Shown here: piece after piece, positions 20,484 through 32,474 of the stretch | Numbering within the stretch: the stretch's first letter is position 1 | Layout of the letters: every line of letters begins with the position of its first letter | Assembly (NCBI GenBank): GCA_963768305.1 | Contig: CAVYHE010000003.1 | Coordinates: forward strand, 160,001-224,000 | Direction: 5' to 3' | DNA from: an uncultured bacterium | Lineage (GTDB): Bacteria; Margulisbacteria; WOR-1; CAVSGV01 | DNA length: 64,000 bases | Notes under the pieces: model-generated | Seen by the model: only the letters and a program-made list of their open reading frames with translations | Database searches by the model: none | What the model was told of the DNA's origin: nothing | Made by a program: the position numbers and the translations under genes

Positions 20484-23400
20484 ATGTCTCGAGGTTTTAT
20501 ACATCTTCATGTGCATTCCGAATACAGCCTGCTTGACGGCGCCAGCCGAATAGAGGACCTCGCAAAAAGGGCCAAAGACCTGGGAATGAAGGGAATGGCC
20601 ATCACCGACCACGGAAGCATGTACGGCGCCGTGAAATTTTACATGCAAATGAAGGAAGCCGGCATAAAACCGCTCATCGGAAGCGAGCTGTATGTCGCGC
20701 CAAACGGAAGATTCACCAAAAACACAGCTGAAGACAGGTCGCCATACCACCTGACCGCTCATCGCGAAGAACATGACCGGATATAAGAACCTGGTAAAAC
20801 TCGTGTCAAAAGGCCACATCGAAGGGTTTTATTCCAGGCCGAGAGTGGACAGGGAGCTTATCGAACAATATAAGGACGGGCTTATAATCCTGTCAGGCTG
20901 CGCCAAGGGCGAGCTCGCCAGGCTGATCCTTGCCAATGAAAACAAGAAAGCAAAAGAGCTTGCCGCGTTTTATAAAGAGCCTTTTCGGCGCGGATTACTA
21001 TCTTGAGATGATGTACCACGGCATGACGGAACAGAAGAACAATCAATGCTTATCTTGAGAAACTCAGCAGGGAAATGGATATCCCTTGCGTCGCGACCAA
21101 CGACTCCCATTACACGTTGAAGGATGACGCGAGGGGGCAGGACATAATGCTCTGCATCCAGACAGGATCTTTCCTTAATGATACCGACCGAATGAAATTC
21201 CCGCAACGAATTCTACATCAAATCTTACTCCGAAATGAAAAATAATTTTTCCGATAATGAGGACGCGCTTGCGAATACCGTCGAGGTCATGGAAAAATGC
21301 GAACTTGAACTCGATCTTGGCAGGTATTTGATACCCGGATTTCCCCGTCCCGTCCGGCGAGACAGCGGATTCATTCCTTGAAAAACTGAGTTTTGACGGC
21401 ATCAATCAGAAATACGGGGTCAAGACAAAGGACAAAGTCGGGGAAAGAGATCATGGTCATCCCTCCCGAGATAAAGGACAGGGTCAAATACGAGCTTAGC
21501 GTCATCAAGCAGACGGGTTTCGCTTCATACTTTCTGATAGTGAATGATTTCATAAATTTCGCCAGGTCCGCCGGCATCCAGGTCGGGCCGGGCCGCGGTT
21601 CCGCGGCGGGAAGCATCGTTTCATATTCTCTCGGGATAACCAGCCTTGACCCTCTCAAATACGGGCTGATGTTCGAAAGGTTCCTGAACCCCGAGAGAAT
21701 ATCCATGCCTGATATCGACATGGATTTCTGCTATGAAAGGCGCCAGGAAGTCATAGATTACGTCGTGAAAAAATACGGGAAAGAACGCGTCGCCCAGATC
21801 ATAACTTTCGGGACAATGGCGGCAAGGGCCGCAATAAGGGACGTTGGCCGGGTTGAACAGGTGCCTTTGTCGGAAGTGGATAAGATAGCGAAAATGGTCC
21901 CCATAATGAAGGACGTGACGCATCGATAAAGCGATGGCGGAGATCAAGGAATTAAAAGCCGCCTATGACAGGGACCCGAAGATAAAAGCGCTCATCGATG
22001 ACGCAAAACGGATCGAAGGGATGGTGAGGCACGCGTCCACGCATGCCGCGGGCGTGGTCATATCAAAGGAAGAGCTTACCGATCTTGTTCCTGTCCAGCT
22101 TATAAATGATACTCAGACGATGACGCAGTACGACATGGATGACCTGAAAGAGCTGGGGATCTTGAAAATGGATTTCCTGGGGCTGCGGAACCTTTCGATG
22201 ATCGCTCACGCGGTCGATATTATCAAGCATACAAAGATATCGATCTGAACATTAAGGAACTTCCGACCGACGATACCGCTACTTACCAGCTTCTTTGCAG
22301 CGGGAACACGATAGGCATTTTCCAGCTGGAAAGCCGGGGAATGAGAGCGCTAATAAAAGACCTTAAGCCGACTTCTTTCGAGGAAATAATCCCGTTGATC
22401 GCTCTTTACCGTCCGGGCCCGATAGAGGGCGGAATGGTGGAAGATTTCGTCAAAAGGAAGCACAAACAGGTCGCCGTCAAATATGAGCTTCCGGAGCTGG
22501 AGCCGATACTGCGGGAAACCCACGGCGTCATACTTTACCAGGAGCAGGTCATGGAGATAGCGAGCAAGATCGCCGGATTACACGCTGGCGCAGGCGGATG
22601 TTCTCAGGTCCGCCATGGGGAAGAAAAAAGAGAAGGAGATGCACGCGCAAAAAGAGAAATTCATCGAAGGCGCGAAGAAAAAAGGCTTCTCCGAGAATAA
22701 GGCGACCATACTTTTCAATCTCTGTTCCAAAGTTCGCGGGTTACGGCTTCAACAAGAGCCATTCCGCCTCATATTCGGTCATATCTTTCCAGACGGCATA
22801 TCTAAAGGCGAATTATCCAGTGGAGTTCATGGCGTCGCTTCTCACATCCGTCACAGGCGATGCGGACAAGGTGAGCATGTACATATCCGAATGCCAGAAG
22901 ATGAAAATAAAGGTCATGCCCCCGGATGTGAACGAAAGCTTGAAAGATTTCACCGTCGTCGGCGACGGGATAAGATTCGGATTGGTGGCGATAAAGAATG
23001 TCGGGATCGGAGCCGTGGAGAATATCATCGCCGTCCGGAAAAAGAGACGGCAAGTTCACTTCGCTTCTCGATTTCTGCGAAAGGGTCGACCTCCGCGCCG
23101 TGAATAAGCGTGTGGTGGAAAGCCTGATAAAGAGCGGGGCTTTTGACAGCATCGGCAGGAGAGCCGCTCTATTGAACAAGCTGGAATCGACTTTAGATAA
23201 AGCTGCTCTTACCCAAAAGGAAACATCCAACGGGCAAAGTTCGCTTTTCCAGATAGAAAAGAAGTCTTTTCATCATGGGGCTCCCGAGCCTGACGATGCC
23301 GCGGAATTCAATCCGGACGAGCTTCTAAAGATGGAAAAAGAAATGCTGGGGCTTTATATTTCCGGCCATCCGCTTGCTTCGTATCAGCGAACTTCTGGAG

Positions 23401-23934
23401 GAACAGGCGAAAACAAAAGCTTCCGATCTTGCCGAAAGGAAAGAAGGCGAAATGGTGACGGTCGGCGGGATACTTTCTTCCTGCAGAAAACTGACGACCA
23501 GGCGAAAAGAACTGATGATGGTGGCGAACATCGAGGACATGACGGGGACCATTCCAGTGGTCATATTCCCGAGATCGTATGAAAAATATGCTTCGATGCT
23601 TTTTGATGATGCGATAGTCATCATAAAAGGCAAGGTAAACATGGATTCCATGAACGACGAAAAAAAAGTGATATGCGATATTGTAAAGCCGCTTTCAAAG
23701 AAGAGGGCGGTCGAAGGATATTCCATGTAAAGGTGGATAAAGAGAAATTCAGCACTCTTCCGCAGTTGAAGAGCATTTTCGGCTCGTTCAAAGGGCAGGG
23801 ATCCAGTTTATCTTCACATGGACGGCAAAATGGTGAAAGTGGGGGAGGAACATTATATTTCCATAGATCCCGCCATTGTTTCGCAGGTGGAAGATCTTCT
23901 TGGCAGGGACTCGGCTTGGGTGGATAATCAGTAA
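20484..23934 (+). CDS. dnaE: DNA polymerase III alpha subunit (many indels)
   Basis: [50 protein letters not shown] fold; ordinary length, no intein. Confidence 0.96.
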
Positions 23935-23951
23935 AGAAAGGACGGATAAAT

Positions 23952-24272
23952 ATGGCGGTAATCGATGAATTGAAATTCGACAGCAAAGGCCTTATTCCGG
24001 CGATAGTCCAGGACGAGAAGACAAAGGATGTCCTAATGATGGCTTACATGAACAAGGAATCTCTTAAAAAAACGCTGAAGGAGGGAAAAGCCTGCTACTG
24101 GAGCCGTTCAAGAAAAAAATTATGGACGAAAGGCGAGACTTCCGGGAATTTCCAGCAAGTGAAAGCGATATATTATGACTGCGATATGGACACGCTTCTT
24201 CTCATGGTGGACCAAACGGGTGCCGCGTGCCATACAGGGAACCGCAGCTGCTTCTTCAGGAAATTGACTTAA
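23952..24272 (+). CDS. hisI: Phosphoribosyl-AMP cyclohydrolase
   Basis: [30 protein letters not shown]. Confidence 0.96.
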   Translation: MAVIDELKFDSKGLIPAIVQDEKTKDVLMMAYMNKESLKKTLKEGKACYWSRSRKKLWTKGETSGNFQQVKAIYYDCDMDTLLLMVDQTGAACHTGNRSCFFRKLT

Positions 24273-24311
24273 GATTTTGTACCTTGTTCGTTTAATATTG
24301 CGATTTGCCTG

Positions 24312-25036
24312 GTGCTTGGAATTTGGTCATTGGTAATTTGTCCCTTACCTGCTAATGCTCAAGGGACCATCGAAACATTTTCAATGCCGATTTCGTTTGT
24401 AACAGGATCGATATGGAACGGCGACAGGCACAGGAACGTGGTCGCTCTCACGTTCGACGACGGCCCAAAGCCTGAATTTTGCCAGCCGATACTGGATATA
24501 CTTGACAAATACGGGGCGAAAGCGACTTTTTTTGTTGTCGGCAAAGAGGCGCAGGATAATCCGGACCTGATCATGCGGATGGAGAACAGCGGCCATGAGA
24601 TCGGTAACCACACTTATTCCCATACTTCCGTAAAGGACAGGCCGGTCGGCGACGCGCTGTCGGATATCCAAAAATGCAGCGAAGTAATATATAATATAAC
24701 CGGCAAACAGCCGAAGTATTTCCGTCCTCCCGGAGGCGGCTATAACCAGGCAATTCAAAGGGTTTAAAGAGGATGGGGCTTCGGACGGTTTACTGGTCAT
24801 TGAACGCGGGGGATTTCATTGATATCACGCCCGGATACGAAGTCCCGGATGATTTCCAGAAAATGGCAGATGCTCTTTCAAAAAAGATCATCGATAAGGC
24901 TCAGCCGGGGGATATAATACTTTTGCATAACGGGAGCGAGCAGACCGTAAGGGCGTTGCCTGTCATATTGAAGGAGTTAAAAGCAAAAGGCTACAGTTTC
25001 GTGACGATAAGCGATCTTATAGGAGAAAATAACTGA
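24312..25036 (+). CDS. Secreted polysaccharide deacetylase (CE4/NodB; indel near 24760; start may be slightly upstream)
   Basis: [28 protein letters not shown]. Confidence 0.9.
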
Positions 25037-25798
25037 TGCTGGCAAGAAGGATAATACCATGCCTGGATGTTACGGAGGGACGCGTCGTAAAAGGCGTGAA
25101 ATTTGTCGACCTCAAGGACGCCGGCGACCCGGTTGAGCTGGCGGCTTTTTACGATAAAGAAGGCGCGGACGAACTGACTTTCCTTGATATCACCGCTTCC
25201 GCGCAAAATCGCTACATAATGATCGATATCGTCCGAAAAGTGGCGGAAAAGGTCTTTATCCCTTTCACCGTCGGCGGCGGGATAAACGACATCGAAAATG
25301 ATCAAAGAGATACTTAAGTCCGGCGCGGACAAAGTTTCGATCAATACCGCGGCGATAAAAGATCCCGACCTCATCAAAAAGGCCTCTGATAAATTCGGCA
25401 GCCAGTGCATCGTGGTCGCGATCGATGCAAAGAAAAATTCAGACAAGCCGTCCTGGGAAGTTTATGTGAATGGCGGAAGGACGCCGACAGGCATCGATGC
25501 GGTGGAATGGGCGAAAACGGCGGAAAAACTCGGCGCTGGAGAGATACTTTTGACCAGCATGGACAAGGACGGGACAAAGAACGGTTACGATCTTGAGCTG
25601 ACAAAAACGATATCGAGGGGCGTTAATATACCGGTGATCGCTTCAGGCGGGGCCGGTTCCATGGAGCATGTATATGAAGCTCTTACCCGCGGAGGAGCTG
25701 ATGCGGCCCTTCTTGCCTCCTGCCTCCATTACTGCGAATTCAGCATAAAGGAATTGAAGGGATATCTCTCCAGAAAAGGGATCCCTGTAAGATTATAA
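25036..25798 (+). CDS. hisF: Imidazole glycerol phosphate synthase subunit HisF (indel near 25295)
   Basis: [33 protein letters not shown]. Confidence 0.96.
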
Positions 25799-25800
25799 AA

Positions 25801-26628
25801 ATGGGCATCAATCAATATCTTTCAAAAAGAAGAGCGGTCGTTGATAAAGCATTGGTCCGATATCTTCCCAAAGGGGATAAATATTCAAAATTACTTAGTG
25901 ATGCCGTTCGATACTCCGTCATGTCCGGCGGGAAAAGGATAAGGCCGATGCTTGCGCTGGCTGCCTGCGAAGCTGTTTCCGGAAGCTATAAACAGGCTGT
26001 TCCTGTCGCTGCGGCGGTCGAAATGATCCACACTTACACATTGATCCACGACGACCTTCCCGCGATGGATGATGATGATACACGCAGGGGAAAGCCGTCC
26101 AATCATAAAGTTTTCGGGGAAGATGCGGCGATACTTGCAGGCGATATGCTGAATACTTTAGCTTTTGAGATAATTGCCAAAAATTGCGGGGATCGATCAG
26201 CCGGGATCATCTCTGAACTTTCAAAAGCGCTGGGGATCGACGGCGTGGTAGGGGGGCAGATGGCAGATCTCAGGGCTAAAGATAAGAAGATCGATCTTGC
26301 TGAACTCAATTATATCGGTCTGCATAAGACGGCGGACCTCTTCGTCGCAAGTGTTCGATGCGGCGCGATAGCGGGTTCGGCGAAGTCCTCGGAAATATCG
26401 AAATTAACGGCTTATGCCCGTCATCTGGGACTTGCGTTTCAGATTATTGATGATATATTAGACCATAAGCGAAGCTCAAAGAACGATTATCCCGCGCTTC
26501 TCGGCATGGATAAAGCCAAAGAACTGGCCCGATCGGAGATCCGGAAAGCGTTAAAATCTTTGCCCGGCGGTCCGAATTTCGATGTTTTCAAGGATATCGC
26601 CGTTTATCTGGCTCAAAGAAAGGATTGA
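25801..26628 (+). CDS. ispA: Polyprenyl (farnesyl/geranylgeranyl) diphosphate synthase
   Basis: GGKRIRP, LIHDDLPAMDDD, FQIIDDILD. Confidence 0.9.
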   Translation: MGINQYLSKRRAVVDKALVRYLPKGDKYSKLLSDAVRYSVMSGGKRIRPMLALAACEAVSGSYKQAVPVAAAVEMIHTYTLIHDDLPAMDDDDTRRGKPSNHKVFGEDAAILAGDMLNTLAFEIIAKNCGDRSAGIISELSKALGIDGVVGGQMADLRAKDKKIDLAELNYIGLHKTADLFVASVRCGAIAGSAKSSEISKLTAYARHLGLAFQIIDDILDHKRSSKNDYPALLGMDKAKELARSEIRKALKSLPGGPNFDVFKDIAVYLAQRKD

Positions 26629-26629
26629 T

Positions 26630-27013
26630 ATGCTCAAAGCTTTTATTATCGGCTCATTTTTGAACATTACGCTGATGACCGCGCTTGTCTCAATGCTTTT
26701 AGCGCAGATATTGAAGATAATTTATTATTTTATAGTGGAAAAAAGGATCAATTTGATCCATTTCTTTGAGGCGGGCGGCATGCCGTCTTCTCACTCCGCA
26801 CTTGTTTGTTCCCTTGTGACAATAGTGGGCTTGCGCCAGGGATTTGATTCAGTGTTCTATGCAGTGGTCTTTGTTTTTGCGGTGATCGTGATGTACGATG
26901 CGATGAAGGTCCGTCATGAAGATGTAGGGCATACCCTTGTTGAAGTATCCACAGGAGGCATTCTCGGCATCATAATTTCATTGATATCAAATTTATATCT
27001 CTTCAGAGGTTAA
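26630..27013 (+). CDS. Divergent PAP2 family membrane protein (DUF212)
   Basis: GGMPSSHSA, VMYDA, GHT motifs; usual position between ispA and dxs. Confidence 0.88.
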   Translation: MLKAFIIGSFLNITLMTALVSMLLAQILKIIYYFIVEKRINLIHFFEAGGMPSSHSALVCSLVTIVGLRQGFDSVFYAVVFVFAVIVMYDAMKVRHEDVGHTLVEVSTGGILGIIISLISNLYLFRG

Positions 27014-27014
27014 T

Positions 27015-28895
27015 GTGCCGGAATTACTTTCCAATCTGAACCTTCCTTATGATCTGAGGCATTTGTCCTCTTCACAGTTGGAAGATCTTGCAAAAGAGGT
27101 AAGGTCGCTTATCATAGAAACGACTTCACGCGTCGGCGGTCATCTTTCTTCATCACTTGGGGCCGTCGAGCTGGCCCTGGCTATCCACGCTGTCTATGAT
27201 TCACCGAAGGACAAGATCTTGTGGGACGTGGGCCATCAGGCGTATGCCCATAAGATATTGACCAGCAGGAGCTCAAAGTTCGGTACGCTGCGTCAGCTTG
27301 GCGGTATTTCCGGATTTCCGAACAAGGATGAATCCCCTCACGACCCGTTCACTGTCGGCCATGCGAGCAATTCTATATCTCTGGCACTTGGTCTTGCAAA
27401 AGCGAGAGAGCTTTCCGGCGAAAAATATAATGTAGTGAGCGTCATTGGTGACGGTTCTATTTCCGGCGGCCTGGCGTTGGAGGGGATGAATAATCTTATA
27501 GGATTAAAAGACAATCTCGTCATTATCCTTAACGATAACCAGCTTTCCATTTCCAAGAATGTCGGAGCGATCGCCGATTATTTCACAAAACTCCGTACAA
27601 GCAGTACTTATGTTAACTTCAGGAACAGGGTGGAGAAGATGCTCGAGCGCATCCCGAGGATAGGCGACAATCTGGTCAAACGGGCCGAGAATATGAAGAA
27701 CCGGCTAAAGCATTTCGTCGTTGATTTCAATGTCGGGGTCATTATCGAAGAGCTCGGCATTAGATATCTCGGGCCCATCGACGGGCATAACATCCCCCTC
27801 CTTATCGGGACGCTTCAATACGCGAAGGAAGTTAAAGGACCGATAGTTGTGCATGTGCATACACAAAAAGGCAAAGGATATAATCCTTCGGAAACGGATC
27901 CGACGAAATTCCATGGAATAGCCCCTTTTAATATAGAGACCGGAAAAGTGATATCAAAAAGCGAAGTCCCGACATACACATCGGTTTTTGGCAAAACCCT
28001 TGCAAATCTTGCTGAGCGGAACGATAAGATCCTTGCTGTAACAGCCGCGATGCTGGATGGCACCGGCCTGGATGAATTTTATAGAACATATCCAAATAGA
28101 TTGTTCGATGTCGGTATAGCCGAAGAACACGCGGTGACTTTTTCAGCCGGGCTTGCAAAAGCGGGCTTCAAGCCGGTCGTTGCTGTTTATTCAACTTTTC
28201 TTCAGCGTGCGTATGATGAGATCGTTCATGATATTTGCCTGCAGAACCTCCCGGTTGTTTTTGCTATTGACCGCGCCGGCATAGTCGGGGAGGACGGGGC
28301 GACCCATAACGGGATATTTGATATCGCTTATCTTCGACATATCCCCAATCTGACTTTAATGGCGCCAAAAGATGAGAATGAGCTTCAGCACATGCTGGCT
28401 GCTGCCTTCGATCATAACGGTCCGATCGCTATCAGATATCCCCGGGGACAGGGAATAGGTATAGGTTTGGATGCAGGATTCAAGAAAATCGAGATCGGCA
28501 AAGCTGAAATTGTGTATACATCCCATCTCTCATCTCCCACCTCTCATCTCCTGATTATTGCCATCGGTTCCATGGTCTACCCGGCGATCAAGGCGGCGAA
28601 GCTAGCGGAAAAGAACGGAATAAGTTCTACGGTGGTCAATGCAAGGTTCGCCAAGCCGCTTGATAGCGAACTTATTATCAAGTTGGCAAAGGCAGCAGAT
28701 AAGGTTGTTACGGTCGAAGAGGGTGTGTTGGATGGTGGATTTGGAAGTGCTATCACTGAACTTTTGTCCGATCAAGGGATCCAAAAACCCGTCAAAAGGA
28801 TCGGCCTGCCGTCACAGTTCATTGAACACGGGAAAAGGTCTCAGATACTGGACATATACGGCCTTACCCCGGAAAAAATAGCTTCCGCTTTTTGA
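27015..28895 (+). CDS. dxs: 1-deoxy-D-xylulose-5-phosphate synthase
   Basis: GGHLSSSLG, WDVGHQAY, GPIDGH, DVGIAEEH, DRAGIVGEDG. Confidence 0.97.
   Translation: MPELLSNLNLPYDLRHLSSSQLEDLAKEVRSLIIETTSRVGGHLSSSLGAVELALAIHAVYDSPKDKILWDVGHQAYAHKILTSRSSKFGTLRQLGGISGFPNKDESPHDPFTVGHASNSISLALGLAKARELSGEKYNVVSVIGDGSISGGLALEGMNNLIGLKDNLVIILNDNQLSISKNVGAIADYFTKLRTSSTYVNFRNRVEKMLERIPRIGDNLVKRAENMKNRLKHFVVDFNVGVIIEELGIRYLGPIDGHNIPLLIGTLQYAKEVKGPIVVHVHTQKGKGYNPSETDPTKFHGIAPFNIETGKVISKSEVPTYTSVFGKTLANLAERNDKILAVTAAMLDGTGLDEFYRTYPNRLFDVGIAEEHAVTFSAGLAKAGFKPVVAVYSTFLQRAYDEIVHDICLQNLPVVFAIDRAGIVGEDGATHNGIFDIAYLRHIPNLTLMAPKDENELQHMLAAAFDHNGPIAIRYPRGQGIGIGLDAGFKKIEIGKAEIVYTSHLSSPTSHLLIIAIGSMVYPAIKAAKLAEKNGISSTVVNARFAKPLDSELIIKLAKAADKVVTVEEGVLDGGFGSAITELLSDQGIQKPVKRIGLPSQFIEHGKRSQILDIYGLTPEKIASAF
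28521..28548 (+). repeat. Four tandem heptamers inside dxs
   Basis: TCCCATC TCTCATC TCCCACC TCTCATC. Confidence 0.75.
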
Positions 28896-30465
28896 ATACC
28901 TGATGTCTTCTCCAATGGAGATCATCTTGAAGAGGGAAATCAGACCTGTTATGGGCGCCGCGGGATTCTTTTCTGTTCAATGCGGCCTGCGTTATCAATA
29001 AGGAAGTCGTGACCATGTTCTTAAGTTCCAATTCATCTTTATTATCCGGGATTTGCTTGATCTTGCTGTTGATCTTCTTTAATCCAATAAGGGCGGACCT
29101 CAATTCTTTTCCGTTGCGGATAATGCCGACTTTTTCCCACATTATGGTTTTTATGTCCTGTTTTAAACGCTTTATCTCGTCAGGCGCCATAACAGGCGGA
29201 ATTTGTCCTGTCAATTTAGGCTTATAACTTTCTATTATCCTGCCGATTTCCGGTGAAATGCTTTGATGCATCGCATTCAGAGCCGCCCTGTAGCCGAATA
29301 CAAGTCCGTCAAGCAGGGAATTGCTGGCAAGCCTGTTTGCTCCGTGTATACCCGATGAAGAGACTTCGCCGGCCGCATAAAGGCCCGCGATATTGGTCCT
29401 GCCGTCCGTGTCTATCTTTATCCCTCCCATAAAATAATGCGCCGCCGGAGTGACGGGGATCCTTTCTTGCGTAATGTCGATCCCGCGTTTAAAACATTCC
29501 TCATATATCTTCGGAAATCTTGTTTTGATCTTGTTTACGCCGATCGGCGACAGGTTCAAGTACACATGGTCCGAGTCCGGTCGCATTCATTTCTGCGAGT
29601 ATCGATCTTGATACCACGTCGCGGGGGGCCAATTCTTTTAACAGGTGGTATTTCGGCATAAACCTTTCGCCCATTGTGTTTTCAAGTATGGCGCCTTCGC
29701 CCCTGACCGCTTCGGATATCAAAAATCTTGTTTCCACGATATTGCTGATAAAAAGCGTCGTTGGATGGAACTGGACGAATTCCATATCCGTCACTTCAGC
29801 GCCTGCGCGGTAAGCCATAGCTATCCCGTCGCCTGTTGCGAAAGAAGGATTGGTGTTATGCAGATAAACCTGGCCGATGCCTCCGGTCGCAAGCAAAGTG
29901 GCTTTAGCAAGAAAGATTATTTTCCTGTGATTTTGGGTATCGATCACTTCCGCTCCTATGCATCTATTATTCTTGATTATCAGGTCTTTTCCGCAGATGA
30001 AATTGCGGACATCAACAAGTTTTTCTTTTAACAATGTCGCGGCAAGGCCTCTTTCAATTTCGGAGCCAGTGGCGTCGCCCGCGTGAAGTATCCTTCTGTG
30101 GCTATGCGCGCCTTCAAGCGCCAGCTCGTACACATCGCCGATCTTGTCGAATTTCACGCCCATATTATAAGTTCATGGACTCTTTTTACGCCTTCATTGA
30201 CCAGTATCTTGACCGCGTTCTCGTCGCTTAATCCGACCCCGACGTCGAGAGTATCCTGCATGTGGAAGAGGGGAGAATCCTTTTCTTCGTCGATCGCCGC
30301 CGCAATGCCGCCCTGGGCATATTCCGTGGCTGTTTCGCCGGTTTTGCCTTTTGTGAGGAGGATGACCTTGCCGCTGTGGCTTGCTTCTATGGCGGCGGAA
30401 AGCCCCGCTATCCCTCCGCCGATTATCAGCAGGTCGCATTTAATGACATGTTCTCCGTTGATCAT
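28864..30465 (-). CDS. nadB: L-aspartate oxidase (two indels)
   Basis: GGGIAGL, AQGGIAA, EFVQFHPT, LISEAVRGEG, HGANRLASNSLL. Confidence 0.95.
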
Positions 30466-30854
30466 AGTATCTTTCTGATATTGTCGGGGATGGAGGTGAC
30501 TTTGCCGTCTTTTGTGATCGCCACAAGTTTTGAATTCCCGGTCGCCAGCAGCTCTTTTGTTCCTTCATTTTTGACTTCATACTCAAAAACCACGCTCGCT
30601 TTATTGACTTCTTTGATCATCGTTTTGACCATGACCGTCTCCTCATATTTTGCGGGTTTAATGTACTTTATATATGTATCGGCGACGACCAGGTAAAGGC
30701 CCTGTTTTTCCATGTCCGAATAGGGGAAACCGATTGATTTCAGGTGTTCGGCGCGTCCCAGCTCGAACCATTCGAGGTACCGCGAATAATAGACGCGTCC
30801 CATCTGGTCTGTTTCCGAATACCGGACGACGATTTTCGTTTCGTGGGTTGTCAT
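30462..30854 (-). CDS. Acyl-CoA thioesterase (YbgC/4HBT hotdog family)
   Basis: VRYSETDQMGRVYYSRYLEWFELGR; start MTTHETK at 30854. Confidence 0.9.
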   Translation of the reverse strand: MTTHETKIVVRYSETDQMGRVYYSRYLEWFELGRAEHLKSIGFPYSDMEKQGLYLVVADTYIKYIKPAKYEETVMVKTMIKEVNKASVVFEYEVKNEGTKELLATGNSKLVAITKDGKVTSIPDNIRKIL

Positions 30855-30921
30855 AAAGGCATTATAACACTTTATTAAACGGGCTTCGAGATTCGATAAA
30901 TAAATGATATAATTCCCCGAA

Positions 30922-31699
30922 ATGGAAACTGCTATCGATGTCAAATGCATTTCCCGGAAATTCGGCAACTTAACTGCGGTTGATTGCGTTTCTTTTGCGG
31001 TGAACAAGGGGGAGATATTCGGGTTCCTCGGCCCGAACGGCGCCGGAAAAACAACGACGATCAGCATGCTTTGCACGCTCCTTAAGCCGACTTCAGGCAC
31101 AGCTCTTATCTCGAACCATGATGTGTCCAAAGACCCTAATCTTGTTCGCAAAGAGATCGGCATAATATTCCAGGACCCGTCGCTGGACGACCGCCTTACA
31201 GTCAATGATAATTTACGGTTCCACGGCAATCTTTATCATATGAAGAAAGAGACGATCGAACAAAGGATACCCGAAGTTCTTGGATTGGTTGAATTGCTCG
31301 ACAGGAGGGGCGAAATAGTCAAAAAGTTCTCCGGAGGAATGAAGAGGCGGCTTGAGATAGCGCGTGGGCTCATGCATCGCCCGAAAATATTGTTCCTGGA
31401 TGAGCCGACCATCGGCCTGGACCCGCAGACGAGGGCTGCTATTTGGGATTATATCGTGAAGATGCGCAATGAAACGGGCCTCAGCATTTTTATGACCACG
31501 CATTATATGCAGGAAGCCGAAGATCTGCGACCGCGTGGCCATAATCGACCACGGGAAGATCGTTGATATTGATTCGCCGGCCGCATTGAAAGATAAATAC
31601 CACGAAAAGACGCTTGAAGATGTTTTTCTGCAATTGACCGGCAGGCAGATAAGGCCCCAGTCTAACGATTCAACCGCTCCCATGTGGAGGAGACGATGA
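30922..31699 (+). CDS. ABC-2 transporter ATP-binding subunit (DrrA-like; indel near 31525)
   Basis: GPNGAGKTT, FSGGMKRRL, LFLDEPT, TTHYM. Confidence 0.92.
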
Positions 31700-32451
31700 T
31701 ACTTGAGGATATAGGCGCGATCTTCACCCTCTGGCTGAGGGACGTTAAAAGATATTGGTATGACAAACCGCGAATAGTCGCTTCTCTGGGACAGCCGCTT
31801 TTGTTCCTTTTTGTGCTTGGAAGCGCTCTTTCGCCCAGTTTTAAAGGAGCCCAGGGCGTTAATTTCACGGAATTCATTTTCCCCGGGATCGTTAGCATGA
31901 CCATACTTTTTACTTCTGTTTTTTCCGGCATGTCGATAGTGTGGGACAGGGAATTCGGCTTTCTTAAGGAAGTGATGGTCGCGCCCGTTTCGCGCTGGTC
32001 AATATCCATCGGGAAAGCTTTCGGGGGCGCCAGCGTCGCTTTTTTTCAGGGGATGATAATGCTGTCACTTTCGCCCCTTGTCGGGGTCAGATTCTCGTTT
32101 TTTGTGCTTTTGATAAGCCTTATAGTGATGTTCGCCATTGCGTTCGCGATGTCGGCTCTGGGGATAATGATCGGTGCAAGGATAAAAGAAATGGAAGGAT
32201 TTCAAGTGATAGTCAATTTCCTTATCATGCCAATCTTTTTCCTTTCCGGCGCGCTCTTTCCCCTTGACAGGCTTCCGCCTTGGCTGACTCTACTGACTCG
32301 AATCGATCCCCTTACATACGGAGTTGACCTTCTCCGGGGGACGATGCTTCACGTCCATACCCTTCCGTTGACCCTGGACCTGACGGTCTTGTGCTTTTTT
32401 GCTCTTGTAATGCTGGCTATAGCGGTGATAGAATTCAATTTGCTGGATTAA
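31696..32451 (+). CDS. ABC-2 transporter permease
   Basis: [26 protein letters not shown]. Confidence 0.92.
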   Translation: MILEDIGAIFTLWLRDVKRYWYDKPRIVASLGQPLLFLFVLGSALSPSFKGAQGVNFTEFIFPGIVSMTILFTSVFSGMSIVWDREFGFLKEVMVAPVSRWSISIGKAFGGASVAFFQGMIMLSLSPLVGVRFSFFVLLISLIVMFAIAFAMSALGIMIGARIKEMEGFQVIVNFLIMPIFFLSGALFPLDRLPPWLTLLTRIDPLTYGVDLLRGTMLHVHTLPLTLDLTVLCFFALVMLAIAVIEFNLLD

Positions 32452-32474
32452 AAATTCAAACCAGGGAGGTTACT

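Noticed and set aside
20484..23934. Fragmented dnaE as a split, intein-containing or programmed-frameshift gene
   Set aside because: Total length is ordinary, no intein motifs, and breaks match the window-wide indel pattern
28864..28895. Convergent overlap of dxs and nadB 3' ends
   Set aside because: Short overlaps are common and this one may come from an indel
30855..31229. Long N-terminal extension of the thioesterase ORF
   Set aside because: Antisense shadow of the ABC ATPase; the hotdog domain starts at 30854
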